A stretch of DNA of 52,757 nt. Source: a virus. The notes under the pieces are model-generated. The model was not told the origin of the DNA. It worked only from the letters and a program-made list of their open reading frames with translations, and made no database searches. A program made the position numbers and the translations under genes. The stretch is taken from IMG/VR virus record IMGVR_UViG_3300022930_000003; one strand, 5' to 3'. Of the stretch, positions 24,177 through 32,307 are shown piece by piece; position 1 is the first letter of the stretch; each line of letters opens with the position of its first letter.

Positions 24177-25271
24177 TTACTTGGTGTTCAATAACGCGAG
24201 ACCAGCAGCAATCACGTTTCCTGGGTACAGGTCACACAGGTAGCCGCCGTCTCCTTTATCCAAGTGAGGGCGCATGATTGCCAAGATGTCTATTTCCGGC
24301 GCTAGCTCTGCTGCTACAGGGGCGGCGAGACTGGCGTTCAATGTTTTTTTCAAGTCGTGGCGAACCCTGTCGTACTTCGTGTGCATCTCCGCCGTTGGGT
24401 AGTCGAAATCACCGCAATTCGCGTTCACGAAGTCGAGCAACGCATTCGCGGCCTTCCACAAGTCGGCCGCCACCGGCGCCGCATGCCCTGCTGGCGCACC
24501 TGGCGCGCTGGCCTTCGGCGCGGGTGGGTGCTCGTCCTCGACCTCAAAAGCGCTGGCGATGATTCCGCGTAATTCCTTTGCGGTAACCAGCATCATTTCC
24601 GGCTTGTCTTCAGGACTGTCACGATCAGGAATTTCAGCCACCGACAGGACCACCCGATTGCTGAACTCGGCCCGGCGTGCGCCCGCCACTTCATCAGCGA
24701 TGGGCGCAGGGGCAGCGTACCCGCTGTGCTTGTCGGCGTCATACGCCAGGATGTCTGGCTCTTCTGCCAGTTCGCCGATCAGGTGACGCATGCAGTCCGC
24801 TTCGTAGCGAACGCGGTCGGGGTATTCAGACACCTCGAATGTAAAATTGCGGCTGTCCATTAACGACCCGCCCTTGCGCATCAGCGTCGCCGTGAAATTG
24901 CTCTTGCCATTTGATTCCGGCATCGCGCCTGTCCAGACTGTCAGTGCTGGCGCATCAGCGCTGGCCGCACGCTGGGCGATGTGGGCGCGGGCTTCCTTGA
25001 AAAGCTGCGCCATATCGCAATTCAATCCAGACGATGGGCAAATACCGTCCTCGTCCGCGCAATCGCGGCACATCGGGCGCGGGCGCTTGTTGAGAATTTC
25101 GGCGCACTCGATCACACGGATCAACGCCGTATCAATGCTGCCCTGCGCTGGCGCGGCTTGGAGGGCGGCGAGAGCTTCGTTGACTTTCTGCGATACGCTC
25201 GTGTGCAGCGGTGCGTTACAGGTTTGCACGGCGGTCAGCGCCTCGATGGCGGCTTGAATAGGGGTGGTCAT
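24177..25271 (-). CDS. Hypothetical protein (364 aa) in the GC-rich island
   Basis: Longest frame through a region where all six frames are open because of high GC. It has Cys-rich and Ala/Pro-rich segments, and I recognised no family. Confidence 0.55.
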   Translation of the reverse strand: MTTPIQAAIEALTAVQTCNAPLHTSVSQKVNEALAALQAAPAQGSIDTALIRVIECAEILNKRPRPMCRDCADEDGICPSSGLNCDMAQLFKEARAHIAQRAASADAPALTVWTGAMPESNGKSNFTATLMRKGGSLMDSRNFTFEVSEYPDRVRYEADCMRHLIGELAEEPDILAYDADKHSGYAAPAPIADEVAGARRAEFSNRVVLSVAEIPDRDSPEDKPEMMLVTAKELRGIIASAFEVEDEHPPAPKASAPGAPAGHAAPVAADLWKAANALLDFVNANCGDFDYPTAEMHTKYDRVRHDLKKTLNASLAAPVAAELAPEIDILAIMRPHLDKGDGGYLCDLYPGNVIAAGLALLNTK

Positions 25272-25280
25272 GGGGCGTCC

Positions 25281-25655
25281 TTATGGTCGGTTGTCTGCGC
25301 AGCAATGCGGGCAGTCTGAATATTGGGTCTTGAGGAATCTGCCGCAGCCGCAGCAGTTCACCTGTTCGCACCTCGGTTTGCGCGGTTTGATCAGTTCGAT
25401 GCCGGTGCCGGCCAGGGCATCTGCGCGCTTCACGTACTGCATATCCACAGCCGGGCGCGTGCGCGCGTCAATGTAGTCCTTCGGCCACGGGATATCGGTC
25501 TCGCGAGCATGGTGTCGTGCCACTGCCTCTGCCTTCGTATAGACCTGGGCCTTGCGCATATCGGTGGTGTAGCCCTTGCCGTCGACCGCCCAGAACAGCA
25601 TGTCGTTGCCGACGTAGGAGCGGCTGTCCTGCAGGTAGAACTGGTCGGCGCTCAC
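25281..25655 (-). CDS. Hypothetical protein with a C-terminal Cys cluster
   Basis: ...CEQVNCCGCGRFLKTQYSDCPHCC, zinc-ribbon-like. Same strand as its neighbours. Confidence 0.5.
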   Translation of the reverse strand: MSADQFYLQDSRSYVGNDMLFWAVDGKGYTTDMRKAQVYTKAEAVARHHARETDIPWPKDYIDARTRPAVDMQYVKRADALAGTGIELIKPRKPRCEQVNCCGCGRFLKTQYSDCPHCCADNRP

Positions 25656-25924
25656 GATGCACCTCCCGCCGGCTGGCCCTTGCTCCGCGCCTCGATAGCG
25701 CGGGCGAAGGGGCGCAAGTACATGGCGAAGCGCGAGCCGTGCAGCATTGATCCATCGAGGTTGTATTTGCGGGCAAGGGCGTCAATCTCATCATCCGTCA
25801 GCACAGCCGCCTCGACTTTCGCAGAACTCCAAGCATCCCAAGCAATTGCACGCATAACCATAGCCAAGCTAGAGTTTTCTACTGCACCATACTTTGATTG
25901 ATAGTATTGTTCAAAATTCATCAC
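25652..25924 (-). CDS. Hypothetical protein
   Basis: 90-aa ORF, coupled by 4-nt overlaps. Confidence 0.5.
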   Translation of the reverse strand: MMNFEQYYQSKYGAVENSSLAMVMRAIAWDAWSSAKVEAAVLTDDEIDALARKYNLDGSMLHGSRFAMYLRPFARAIEARSKGQPAGGAS

Positions 25925-26127
25925 TTATACCTCTCAACTTGAATTCGTTTAACTTCGTCAGGAACAGTAGGGTATGCCATCCAGGCGTCATATTCAAAAG
26001 CGCTGTTGCTGCGCCATACCGCCTCTACCAGCTTGCCTCCACGGGTCAGCGCTAGCACCTTGCTCCCCGCTGGCGGCTGTTCAATGTGGGCGTTGGTGAG
26101 GCTGACTACTTCGGCTGTTAGTCGCAT
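25921..26127 (-). CDS. Hypothetical protein
   Basis: I prefer the ATG at 26127 (MRLTAEVVSL...). Confidence 0.45.
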   Translation of the reverse strand: MRLTAEVVSLTNAHIEQPPAGSKVLALTRGGKLVEAVWRSNSAFEYDAWMAYPTVPDEVKRIQVERYK

Positions 26128-26342
26128 ACGGCCTCCCAATTGCCACGGCAATATCGACCGGACTCGCCATTGATTTTCATTAGCATGGTAGTTGGCTCAT
26201 TCAAGTAAAGCGTGTGCCCATCCATTGGTCCTCCATAGCAATACCACGGCTCTTTGTGTACGCGCTTGCTGACAGTGGTCTTAGTTTTGATAGGCTTTGC
26301 CCCCACCTTTCCACTGTAGATCGTAGCTGGTTTATGTTTCAT
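26118..26342 (-). CDS. Hypothetical protein
   Basis: ATG at 26342 (MKHKPATIYSGK...). First gene of the leftward early block. Confidence 0.5.
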   Translation of the reverse strand: MKHKPATIYSGKVGAKPIKTKTTVSKRVHKEPWYCYGGPMDGHTLYLNEPTTMLMKINGESGRYCRGNWEAVCD

Positions 26343-26509
26343 TGAAAAATGCTCCAAATGTAGCGCAGTGCGCGAATGATGAATGGGTCTGGCTCAACTG
26401 TCAGTTGGGAATAAGGCCCGAAAGCCTCATTCATGGTGCGTGGGACTCGGTAGTTTTTCATGTACTCCCCTGTGTAAGTGAGGCAAGTATGATGCGCGTC
26501 AACATCGTT

Positions 26510-26543
26510 GACCAATTGATTCTAACTATCGACCTCATAGTTA
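26510..26543. promoter_or_regulatory. Composite motif GACCAATTGATTCTAACTAT-N7-ATAGTTA in the divergent early region
   Basis: Read directly. It contains a perfect TAACTAT / ATAGTTA inverted repeat. Confidence 0.5.
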
Positions 26544-26627
26544 TTATTCATTGGCACAGTTCGCTGCCGACGATCACAATGGCACCACGTTTTGAACAAA
26601 GCGAAACGCAACCAACAGAGGGTTACC

Positions 26628-26870
26628 ATGACTTATATCAAAGGAACGCAAGAACAGCTTGACGCCGCGAAGGATGATACGACGTTGCTGCCGTTCGGGG
26701 TGGTGTTTTTGAGTGTTAATGACGCTACCAAAGGAAGAGAAGTTCAAAGACTTTCAAGTTATCTTGATCGCTTCGATTCAGTTAAATTTGTTTCTGATAT
26801 TTATTCAGATTCAAACGATATTATGAATTATGACTATCTTTCTAGTAAAGATTTGGAGGTCATCAAATGA
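26628..26870 (+). CDS. Hypothetical protein
   Basis: ATG at 26628 after AGAGGG. First gene of the rightward block. Confidence 0.55.
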   Translation: MTYIKGTQEQLDAAKDDTTLLPFGVVFLSVNDATKGREVQRLSSYLDRFDSVKFVSDIYSDSNDIMNYDYLSSKDLEVIK

Positions 26871-27229
26871 CCAACCCCATCCAAGAACTGAAAGAAGTAC
26901 GCGAAAAAATCGCTGTGCTTGAAATGAAAGAAGCCGCACTCGTGGCGCAGATCATTAAAGAAGCTGGACATACCAAAATCGGTGAAGCAACGTACACGCT
27001 CTACGGCGCAAAGGTAAAGATTGCAACCGGCGAGAACATCAAGCTTGACAAGGCTTTGCTTAACGCAGTGTGGAAAGACACGATGCCAATCAACCGCACG
27101 TATTCGTACACGCTGCGAACCAAAGAATATGCAGCCATGATGAAGTCTGGAACGCCAGCGCAAAAGAAAATGCTGGCTGAGATTGTGACCACATCGATGG
27201 CAAAACCAACTGTGAAGATTGAGGTGTAA
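26867..27229 (+). CDS. Hypothetical protein
   Basis: 120-aa ORF upstream of the AAA_24 ATPase. Confidence 0.6.
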   Translation: MTNPIQELKEVREKIAVLEMKEAALVAQIIKEAGHTKIGEATYTLYGAKVKIATGENIKLDKALLNAVWKDTMPINRTYSYTLRTKEYAAMMKSGTPAQKKMLAEIVTTSMAKPTVKIEV

Positions 27230-27231
27230 GC

Positions 27232-28059
27232 ATGGACCTTTCACTTCTAACCAAGCCACTCACCAAGGCTCCACAAATCACAATCGTTGGCCTTCCAGGC
27301 GTTGGCAAATCCAGTCTCGGCGCACTGTTTCCAAGTCCTGTATTCATCCAGGCCGAGGACGGATCAAGCGTGTTCGATAGCTGGCCTGATGAAATGAAGC
27401 CGGTTGTTTTCCCAGCTTTGCCAAGGGCAGATGCCAAGAACAAAGTAAGCACCATGGCAGTGCTCGAAGAACAGTTGTTCGCTCTTGGAAAGCAGGAGCA
27501 CAATTTTAAGACGCTTGTGATTGATTCAGTGACTAGTTTGCACGCTCTGTTCGAGCATGAGGTATGCGAGGAATATGGCGCTGATAATATCGGTGAGGCG
27601 GCTGGCGGGTATGGCAAGGGTTATCTGGTAGTCAAAGAGAAGCACGCCCGAATCAAGGCTATCTGTGATCGTCTTCGCGAAAAGAAGGACATGACGATTA
27701 TTTTTCTGGCGCATGCTGGCATCAAAAAGGTAAAGGGTCGCCCTGATTCCGATGAATACACAGTCTATTCGCTTGACATGCACGATGCCTCGATTCCGAC
27801 CTATGTTGCACTGGTCGATGCCGTGTACTACCTTCGGCAAGATGAATTTATCAAAGGTGCTCAAACCGACAAAAAGGGACAGACAACCAAGTTTGGCAAG
27901 GTAGTTCAAACAGGGGACCGCATCTTGGTCACAGCAGGCGATGGACGTATCGGGTACGTGAATGCCAAATCGCGTTACCCTATGGACTCAGAACTGCCGA
28001 TTCCAATTGGTGAAAATCCATTGCTAGAATTGATCCCGTACTTTCGCAATAACAAGTAA
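27232..28059 (+). CDS. AAA_24 / Sak4-like RecA-fold ATPase
   Basis: Walker A ITIVGLPGVGKSS close to the N-terminus, Walker B-like TLVIDSV, 275 aa. Confidence 0.8.
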   Translation: MDLSLLTKPLTKAPQITIVGLPGVGKSSLGALFPSPVFIQAEDGSSVFDSWPDEMKPVVFPALPRADAKNKVSTMAVLEEQLFALGKQEHNFKTLVIDSVTSLHALFEHEVCEEYGADNIGEAAGGYGKGYLVVKEKHARIKAICDRLREKKDMTIIFLAHAGIKKVKGRPDSDEYTVYSLDMHDASIPTYVALVDAVYYLRQDEFIKGAQTDKKGQTTKFGKVVQTGDRILVTAGDGRIGYVNAKSRYPMDSELPIPIGENPLLELIPYFRNNK

Positions 28060-28094
28060 GATAACAACCCCATCATAAATAAAGGAAACAAATC

Positions 28095-28619
28095 ATGTCG
28101 TTCTGGAAAACTAGCGCAGGAACAGAAGCAACCGGTGAAGTAAAAGAAAACAATCTGGACGCACTGCCAAAGGACTGGTACACCATGATGTTGGAGGAAG
28201 TTTCCAACAAAGAATGGGAAGATGATCGCTACATCAATATTAAGGCGCGTGTTATAGCTGGACCGATGCAGAACCGTGTTGTTTTTCTCAAGTTGAAAGT
28301 TTATGAGACAAACAATAAATTTTACAAAGAGTCGGCACGCGATAACGCATTGGAAAAATTGGTGCGCCTCTATCAAATTCTTTGCGTAAAGCTTCCAGCC
28401 GCCGAACCAGACGACCGTTCACTGTCTCAATTGTCAGATAAACCGCTTGATGTGTACTTGGACATTTGGAAAGATCAAGCTACGAAAGAGCCGAAAGGCA
28501 ATTTCATTACCAATTTTGCGGCTAAGGGGGAGAAAGCGGGGACAGCTGAAACGGCTAAGAAGATGCCCAATAAGCCTGCACCTGGAAATTCAGGTGTAGA
28601 CAGCGACATTCCTTTCTGA
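28095..28619 (+). CDS. DUF669-like (putative ssDNA-binding) protein
   Basis: The position directly after the AAA_24 gene and the LPKDWYTMMLEEV... pattern are typical of DUF669. Confidence 0.65.
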   Translation: MSFWKTSAGTEATGEVKENNLDALPKDWYTMMLEEVSNKEWEDDRYINIKARVIAGPMQNRVVFLKLKVYETNNKFYKESARDNALEKLVRLYQILCVKLPAAEPDDRSLSQLSDKPLDVYLDIWKDQATKEPKGNFITNFAAKGEKAGTAETAKKMPNKPAPGNSGVDSDIPF

Positions 28620-28643
28620 TAAGCAACTATTCTAATAACAACC

Positions 28644-28668
28644 ACCCGGCCCAGCGCCGGGTTTTTTA
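28644..28668 (+). terminator. Intrinsic terminator
   Basis: ACCCGGCccagcGCCGGGTttttt. Confidence 0.8.
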
Positions 28669-28678
28669 GGGGTAAAAA

Positions 28679-28933
28679 ATGCCAGTCGCGCCAGAGAACA
28701 AATACCAAAAACAAATCATCGGCAAAACGGATGATTTATTCGGCAAGCCAATGACTGTGACAATTACTGTTGACGTTTATGATGTCTTGATGGCATGGGG
28801 CGTATCGAATCCCGCCATTCAACACGCCATCAAAAAGCTGTTGCAGCCAGGGTTGCGCGGCCATAAGTCCAAGGCGCAAGACTTGAAGGAGGCTATGCAA
28901 AGCCTGCAACGGGCTATTGAGCTTGAATCATGA
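28679..28933 (+). CDS. DUF3310-like protein
   Basis: ...NPAIQHAIKKLLQPGLRGHKSKAQDLKEAMQSLQRAIEL resembles the DUF3310 pattern by eye. Confidence 0.45.
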   Translation: MPVAPENKYQKQIIGKTDDLFGKPMTVTITVDVYDVLMAWGVSNPAIQHAIKKLLQPGLRGHKSKAQDLKEAMQSLQRAIELES

Positions 28934-29682
28934 TTAAGCGCATAGTTTGCTGGTTTTCATGCGGTGCTGCCAGTGCAGTAGCAACAAAGCTTGCAATCAT
29001 TGAAAACGCCGGAAAATTACCATTGGTTGTTGCTCGATGCATGATTGATGAAGAACACCCTGATAACGAACGCTTTGCTAAAGATTGCGAAGAATGGTTC
29101 GGTGTTCCGATCTTAAACTTATCAAGCAATGAGTATGGAAGTAGCATCTATGGGGTTTTTGGAAAGCGCAAATACATTTCCGGAATATCTGGCGCAGCTT
29201 GCACAAAATTTCTCAAGAAAGAAGTTCGCATTGAATTTCAATTGCCAACAGATCGGCATGTTTTCGGTTATTGCGCCGGTGAAGATGATCGATGGGATAA
29301 TTTTCTAGATGCAAATAATATTGACGCGTGGTCGCCACTCATTGAAAAAGGGATTAGCCATCCTGAAGCATTGGCATTGATTGAGAATGCAAAAATTGCA
29401 CTTCCAATCATGTACAAATTGGGCTATCAGCACAACAATTGCATCGGATGCGTAAAAGCGCAGGGGCAGGGCTATTGGAACAAAATACGTGAAGATTTTC
29501 CAAATCAATTTAACCGTATGGCTGTTTTCTCAAGGGGGCTGGGCGTGAGAATCATTAAAGTTGGAAAGGAGAGAATTTTTCTCGATGAGCTAATTCCAGG
29601 TACTGGCGACTATCAATCGGAACCTGAAATTCAATGTGGTATTTTTTGTGAAGCTATCAGCCGGGATATGGGAAATGATTGA
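28930..29682 (+). CDS. PP-loop ATP-pyrophosphatase family protein (PAPS reductase-like)
   Basis: N-terminal WFSCGAASAV, an SGGxxS-type PP-loop variant. The 250-aa length is typical of phage PAPS-reductase-like proteins. Confidence 0.72.
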   Translation: MIKRIVCWFSCGAASAVATKLAIIENAGKLPLVVARCMIDEEHPDNERFAKDCEEWFGVPILNLSSNEYGSSIYGVFGKRKYISGISGAACTKFLKKEVRIEFQLPTDRHVFGYCAGEDDRWDNFLDANNIDAWSPLIEKGISHPEALALIENAKIALPIMYKLGYQHNNCIGCVKAQGQGYWNKIREDFPNQFNRMAVFSRGLGVRIIKVGKERIFLDELIPGTGDYQSEPEIQCGIFCEAISRDMGND

Positions 29683-30634
29683 CCCTAACTCCATATTGGA
29701 AGCAATAGAAGCCTTGCCGCCAGTTCAGGATGAATCAGAGCGCGATTACTTAGGCGCTTCTATCCTTGGTGAAGCTTGCCAACGCAAACTTTGGCTTCAA
29801 TTTCATAAGTACGTTGAACCGGAAAAATTCTCTTCACGTATGCTGCGACTCTTCTATCGAGGTCAGCGAGAAGAGGGAATGTTTGAAATGTATTTGCGTG
29901 AGACTAGCTTTAACATCATTGAAAACTGTATGTCTCAGGCGCGCTGGACTGATGGGTTTATGAGTGGCGCAGGCGATGGAGTAGTCGAAAAAAATGGCGA
30001 ACGATATTGCGTGGAGTACAAAACTCATAGCCTTGCCCAATTCAAGAGCTTGGAAAGAGGCTATCTGGCAAACAGTCATCCAAAACATTTCACGCAATGT
30101 CAAGTCAATGCACTTAAATTTAATTGCGTTGGCTCGATTTACTTAGCCGTCAACAAGGACAATGATGAATTGTTTTGTGACGTAATCGCACTCGATAATG
30201 AGTTTGCCAATCAGGAATTGGCGAAAGGCGAATACGTGACGATGGCCGACAAACCACCTGAGCGAATTGCCAATAAGCCTACCGCCTTTGCCTGCAAATT
30301 CTGCCACGCCAAAGATGTCTGCTGGGGATTTGACGCGCCACGAGTCAATTGCCGCAACTGCACCTCAGCCACGAAACACCGCGAATACGGGACATTCGGC
30401 TGCGGCATGAAACAGGATAGCAATGATTTGACAAAACGCAATAGCAATAACCAATTGGACGAGTCCGGTTCTTGCGCGCATCATTCGTTTAACCCGTACG
30501 CAATACATGAGCTATTAGGCTGGGAGCCATTGGAATTTTTCCCATCACAGCGTGCGGTCAAATATAAAAAACCAGACGGATCAGAACTCACTAACGGTTT
30601 TGATTTTGTCCAATCTAAGGACTTGACAATATGA
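29675..30634 (+). CDS. PD-(D/E)XK nuclease, Cas4/RecB-like, with Cys clusters
   Basis: N-terminal Cys (GEACQRKLW) plus C-terminal CKFCHAKDVC, the Cas4-type Fe-S pattern, and an extra CxxC-containing tail. The start overlaps the upstream stop by 8 nt. Confidence 0.72.
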   Translation: MIDPNSILEAIEALPPVQDESERDYLGASILGEACQRKLWLQFHKYVEPEKFSSRMLRLFYRGQREEGMFEMYLRETSFNIIENCMSQARWTDGFMSGAGDGVVEKNGERYCVEYKTHSLAQFKSLERGYLANSHPKHFTQCQVNALKFNCVGSIYLAVNKDNDELFCDVIALDNEFANQELAKGEYVTMADKPPERIANKPTAFACKFCHAKDVCWGFDAPRVNCRNCTSATKHREYGTFGCGMKQDSNDLTKRNSNNQLDESGSCAHHSFNPYAIHELLGWEPLEFFPSQRAVKYKKPDGSELTNGFDFVQSKDLTI

Positions 30635-31665
30635 CTCCATCACAGATTAACAAGGCCATCAGTCTCGCCGCTGACATTGCACGACCAAGCACTATGCCCA
30701 TCATGTCCAATCTGCTGATTGGTAACGGCAAGGTGATTGCAAGCGACAGCGATAGCCAGATCACCATTGCAGCGCCATTAGATTTTGAGCCGTACACAGT
30801 GCCAGCGGCCAAGTTTAAAACGATCCTTGCGACTCTAGCGCCCGACGTGGCTCTGAAGCTCGACCACAAGGACGGCAAGCTTTCGGTGAAGTCAGGTCGC
30901 TCCAAGTTCACCGTACAAACGCTCCCAGCCGAAGACTATCCACAAATGGAAATTGGCGAATTGGTTTCCTCAATCGAAATTCATCAAGAGGTGTTGAAGT
31001 CGATGCTTCACGATGTCCAGCACGCTATTCCATCGCATGATGTACGCCAGTACATCAATGGCGCATTCCTATCTGTGCGCGATGGTCAGCTTACTGTTGT
31101 TGGTACGGATACATCACGCATGGCTGTTAAGTCGATTGAATTCGATAATGAGGAAGTATTGGAGGTAACGATTCCAAAGCTTGCCGTAGGACGTCTCATT
31201 AAGTTTCTAAATGACGGACCAATGACAATCAATTTTTATGATGATAAATTGGTTTTTGCAATGGGAGATATCGAGTTCACAACCAAGCTTGTTACTGGAA
31301 AGTATCCAGACTTCCGCCGAGTTATCCCGAAGAACCCAAACACAATCTTGATTGACCGCGAATTGATGCTTGAAACACTAAGCCGAGCAACAACCGTATT
31401 GGATAAGTCGCGCTCATCCAAGGTAACAATCGGTCCGAATATTGAGGTTTCTTGCTCCAATAACGGAGAGATCGCAGTTGACGACTTTCCATGTACATGG
31501 ACCGGCGCACCGATTGAATTCGGTATGAATCCTGACTTCCTGCGCGAAGCGCTTCACGTCATGAGTGGTGACGAAGTGTCTTTGTCGTTTGGCGACTCTA
31601 AATCGGCATGGCTTTTGGAGGATGAAGAGGGATTGAAAGCAGTGGTTATTGGGCTGCGGAATTAA
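30631..31665 (+). CDS. dnaN: DNA polymerase III beta sliding clamp homologue
   Basis: Clear similarity to E. coli DnaN: SGRSKFTVQTLPAEDYP vs SGRSRFSLSTLPAADFP, and KLVTGKYPDFRRVIPKNP vs KLVDGRFPDYRRVLPKNP. Confidence 0.93.
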   Translation: MTPSQINKAISLAADIARPSTMPIMSNLLIGNGKVIASDSDSQITIAAPLDFEPYTVPAAKFKTILATLAPDVALKLDHKDGKLSVKSGRSKFTVQTLPAEDYPQMEIGELVSSIEIHQEVLKSMLHDVQHAIPSHDVRQYINGAFLSVRDGQLTVVGTDTSRMAVKSIEFDNEEVLEVTIPKLAVGRLIKFLNDGPMTINFYDDKLVFAMGDIEFTTKLVTGKYPDFRRVIPKNPNTILIDRELMLETLSRATTVLDKSRSSKVTIGPNIEVSCSNNGEIAVDDFPCTWTGAPIEFGMNPDFLREALHVMSGDEVSLSFGDSKSAWLLEDEEGLKAVVIGLRN

Positions 31666-31710
31666 TTGGTATAATTAATTGTCGGCTTGGAATCCGATAT
31701 AAAATTTAGC

Positions 31711-31795
31711 AAGGCTTCACACACACTCTGGCGGGCGGCTAATGCCTGTTATTCCAACTTGCGAAAGCATGAGAGTGTGGGTGAAGCCTTTTTTA
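31711..31795 (+). terminator. Long-stem hairpin (17 of 18 positions paired) with a 44-nt loop and a T-tract
   Basis: aaggcttcacacacactc (31711-31728) pairs with gagtgtgggtgaagcctt (31773-31790) and is followed by tttt. The loop contains a GCGAAAGC mini-hairpin. Confidence 0.5.
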
Positions 31796-32307
31796 TGGGC
31801 GAATGGAAAATGAAAGAGATACCGCTTACTAGAGGAAAAGTAGCTTTTGTAGATGATGAGGATTTTGATTTTTTGTCAAAATTTAAATGGTATTGCACAT
31901 CTCATGGTTACGCTCAATTAAGAAAAAAAGAAAATGGAGTAACAATATCTATATCAATGCATAGAGCAGTTCTTGGATTGAGCAAGGGTGAAAAGGTTGA
32001 TGTCGACCATATAAATGAAATAAAAACAGACAATAGAAAAGAAAATCTTAGAAAATGCAATAGGTCTGAGAACATGAGAAACATGGGAATGAAGGCAAGT
32101 AATACAAGTGGCTATAAGGGAGTAAATTTTCATAAAGCTTCAAAATTGTGGAGGTCACAAATTAGGCTAAATATGAAATCAATTCACCTTGGATATTTCA
32201 AAAATCCAGAAGATGCATACAATGCGTATTGCGAAGCATCAAAAAAATATCATGGTGAGTTTGCCAATAATGGAAATGGATGTGTTAAGGGAGTTGAAAA
32301 GTGTTAA
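31795..32307 (+). CDS. HNH endonuclease with AP2 DNA-binding domain (free-standing homing endonuclease)
   Basis: HRAVLGL...VDHINEIKTDNRKENLR...SENMRN is the HNH_3 motif, and SGYKGVNFHK...WRSQIRLN...HLGYF...AYNAY is the AP2 motif. The gene is markedly AT-rich. The start could be 31795 or 31810. Confidence 0.85.
   Translation: MGEWKMKEIPLTRGKVAFVDDEDFDFLSKFKWYCTSHGYAQLRKKENGVTISISMHRAVLGLSKGEKVDVDHINEIKTDNRKENLRKCNRSENMRNMGMKASNTSGYKGVNFHKASKLWRSQIRLNMKSIHLGYFKNPEDAYNAYCEASKKYHGEFANNGNGCVKGVEKC

Noticed and set aside
24278-25901. Many overlapping ORFs of 70-190 aa in all frames within the GC-rich island
   Set aside because: High GC suppresses stop codons. I kept only the set that is consistent in strand, coupling overlaps and terminator position, and even those are moderate-confidence calls.
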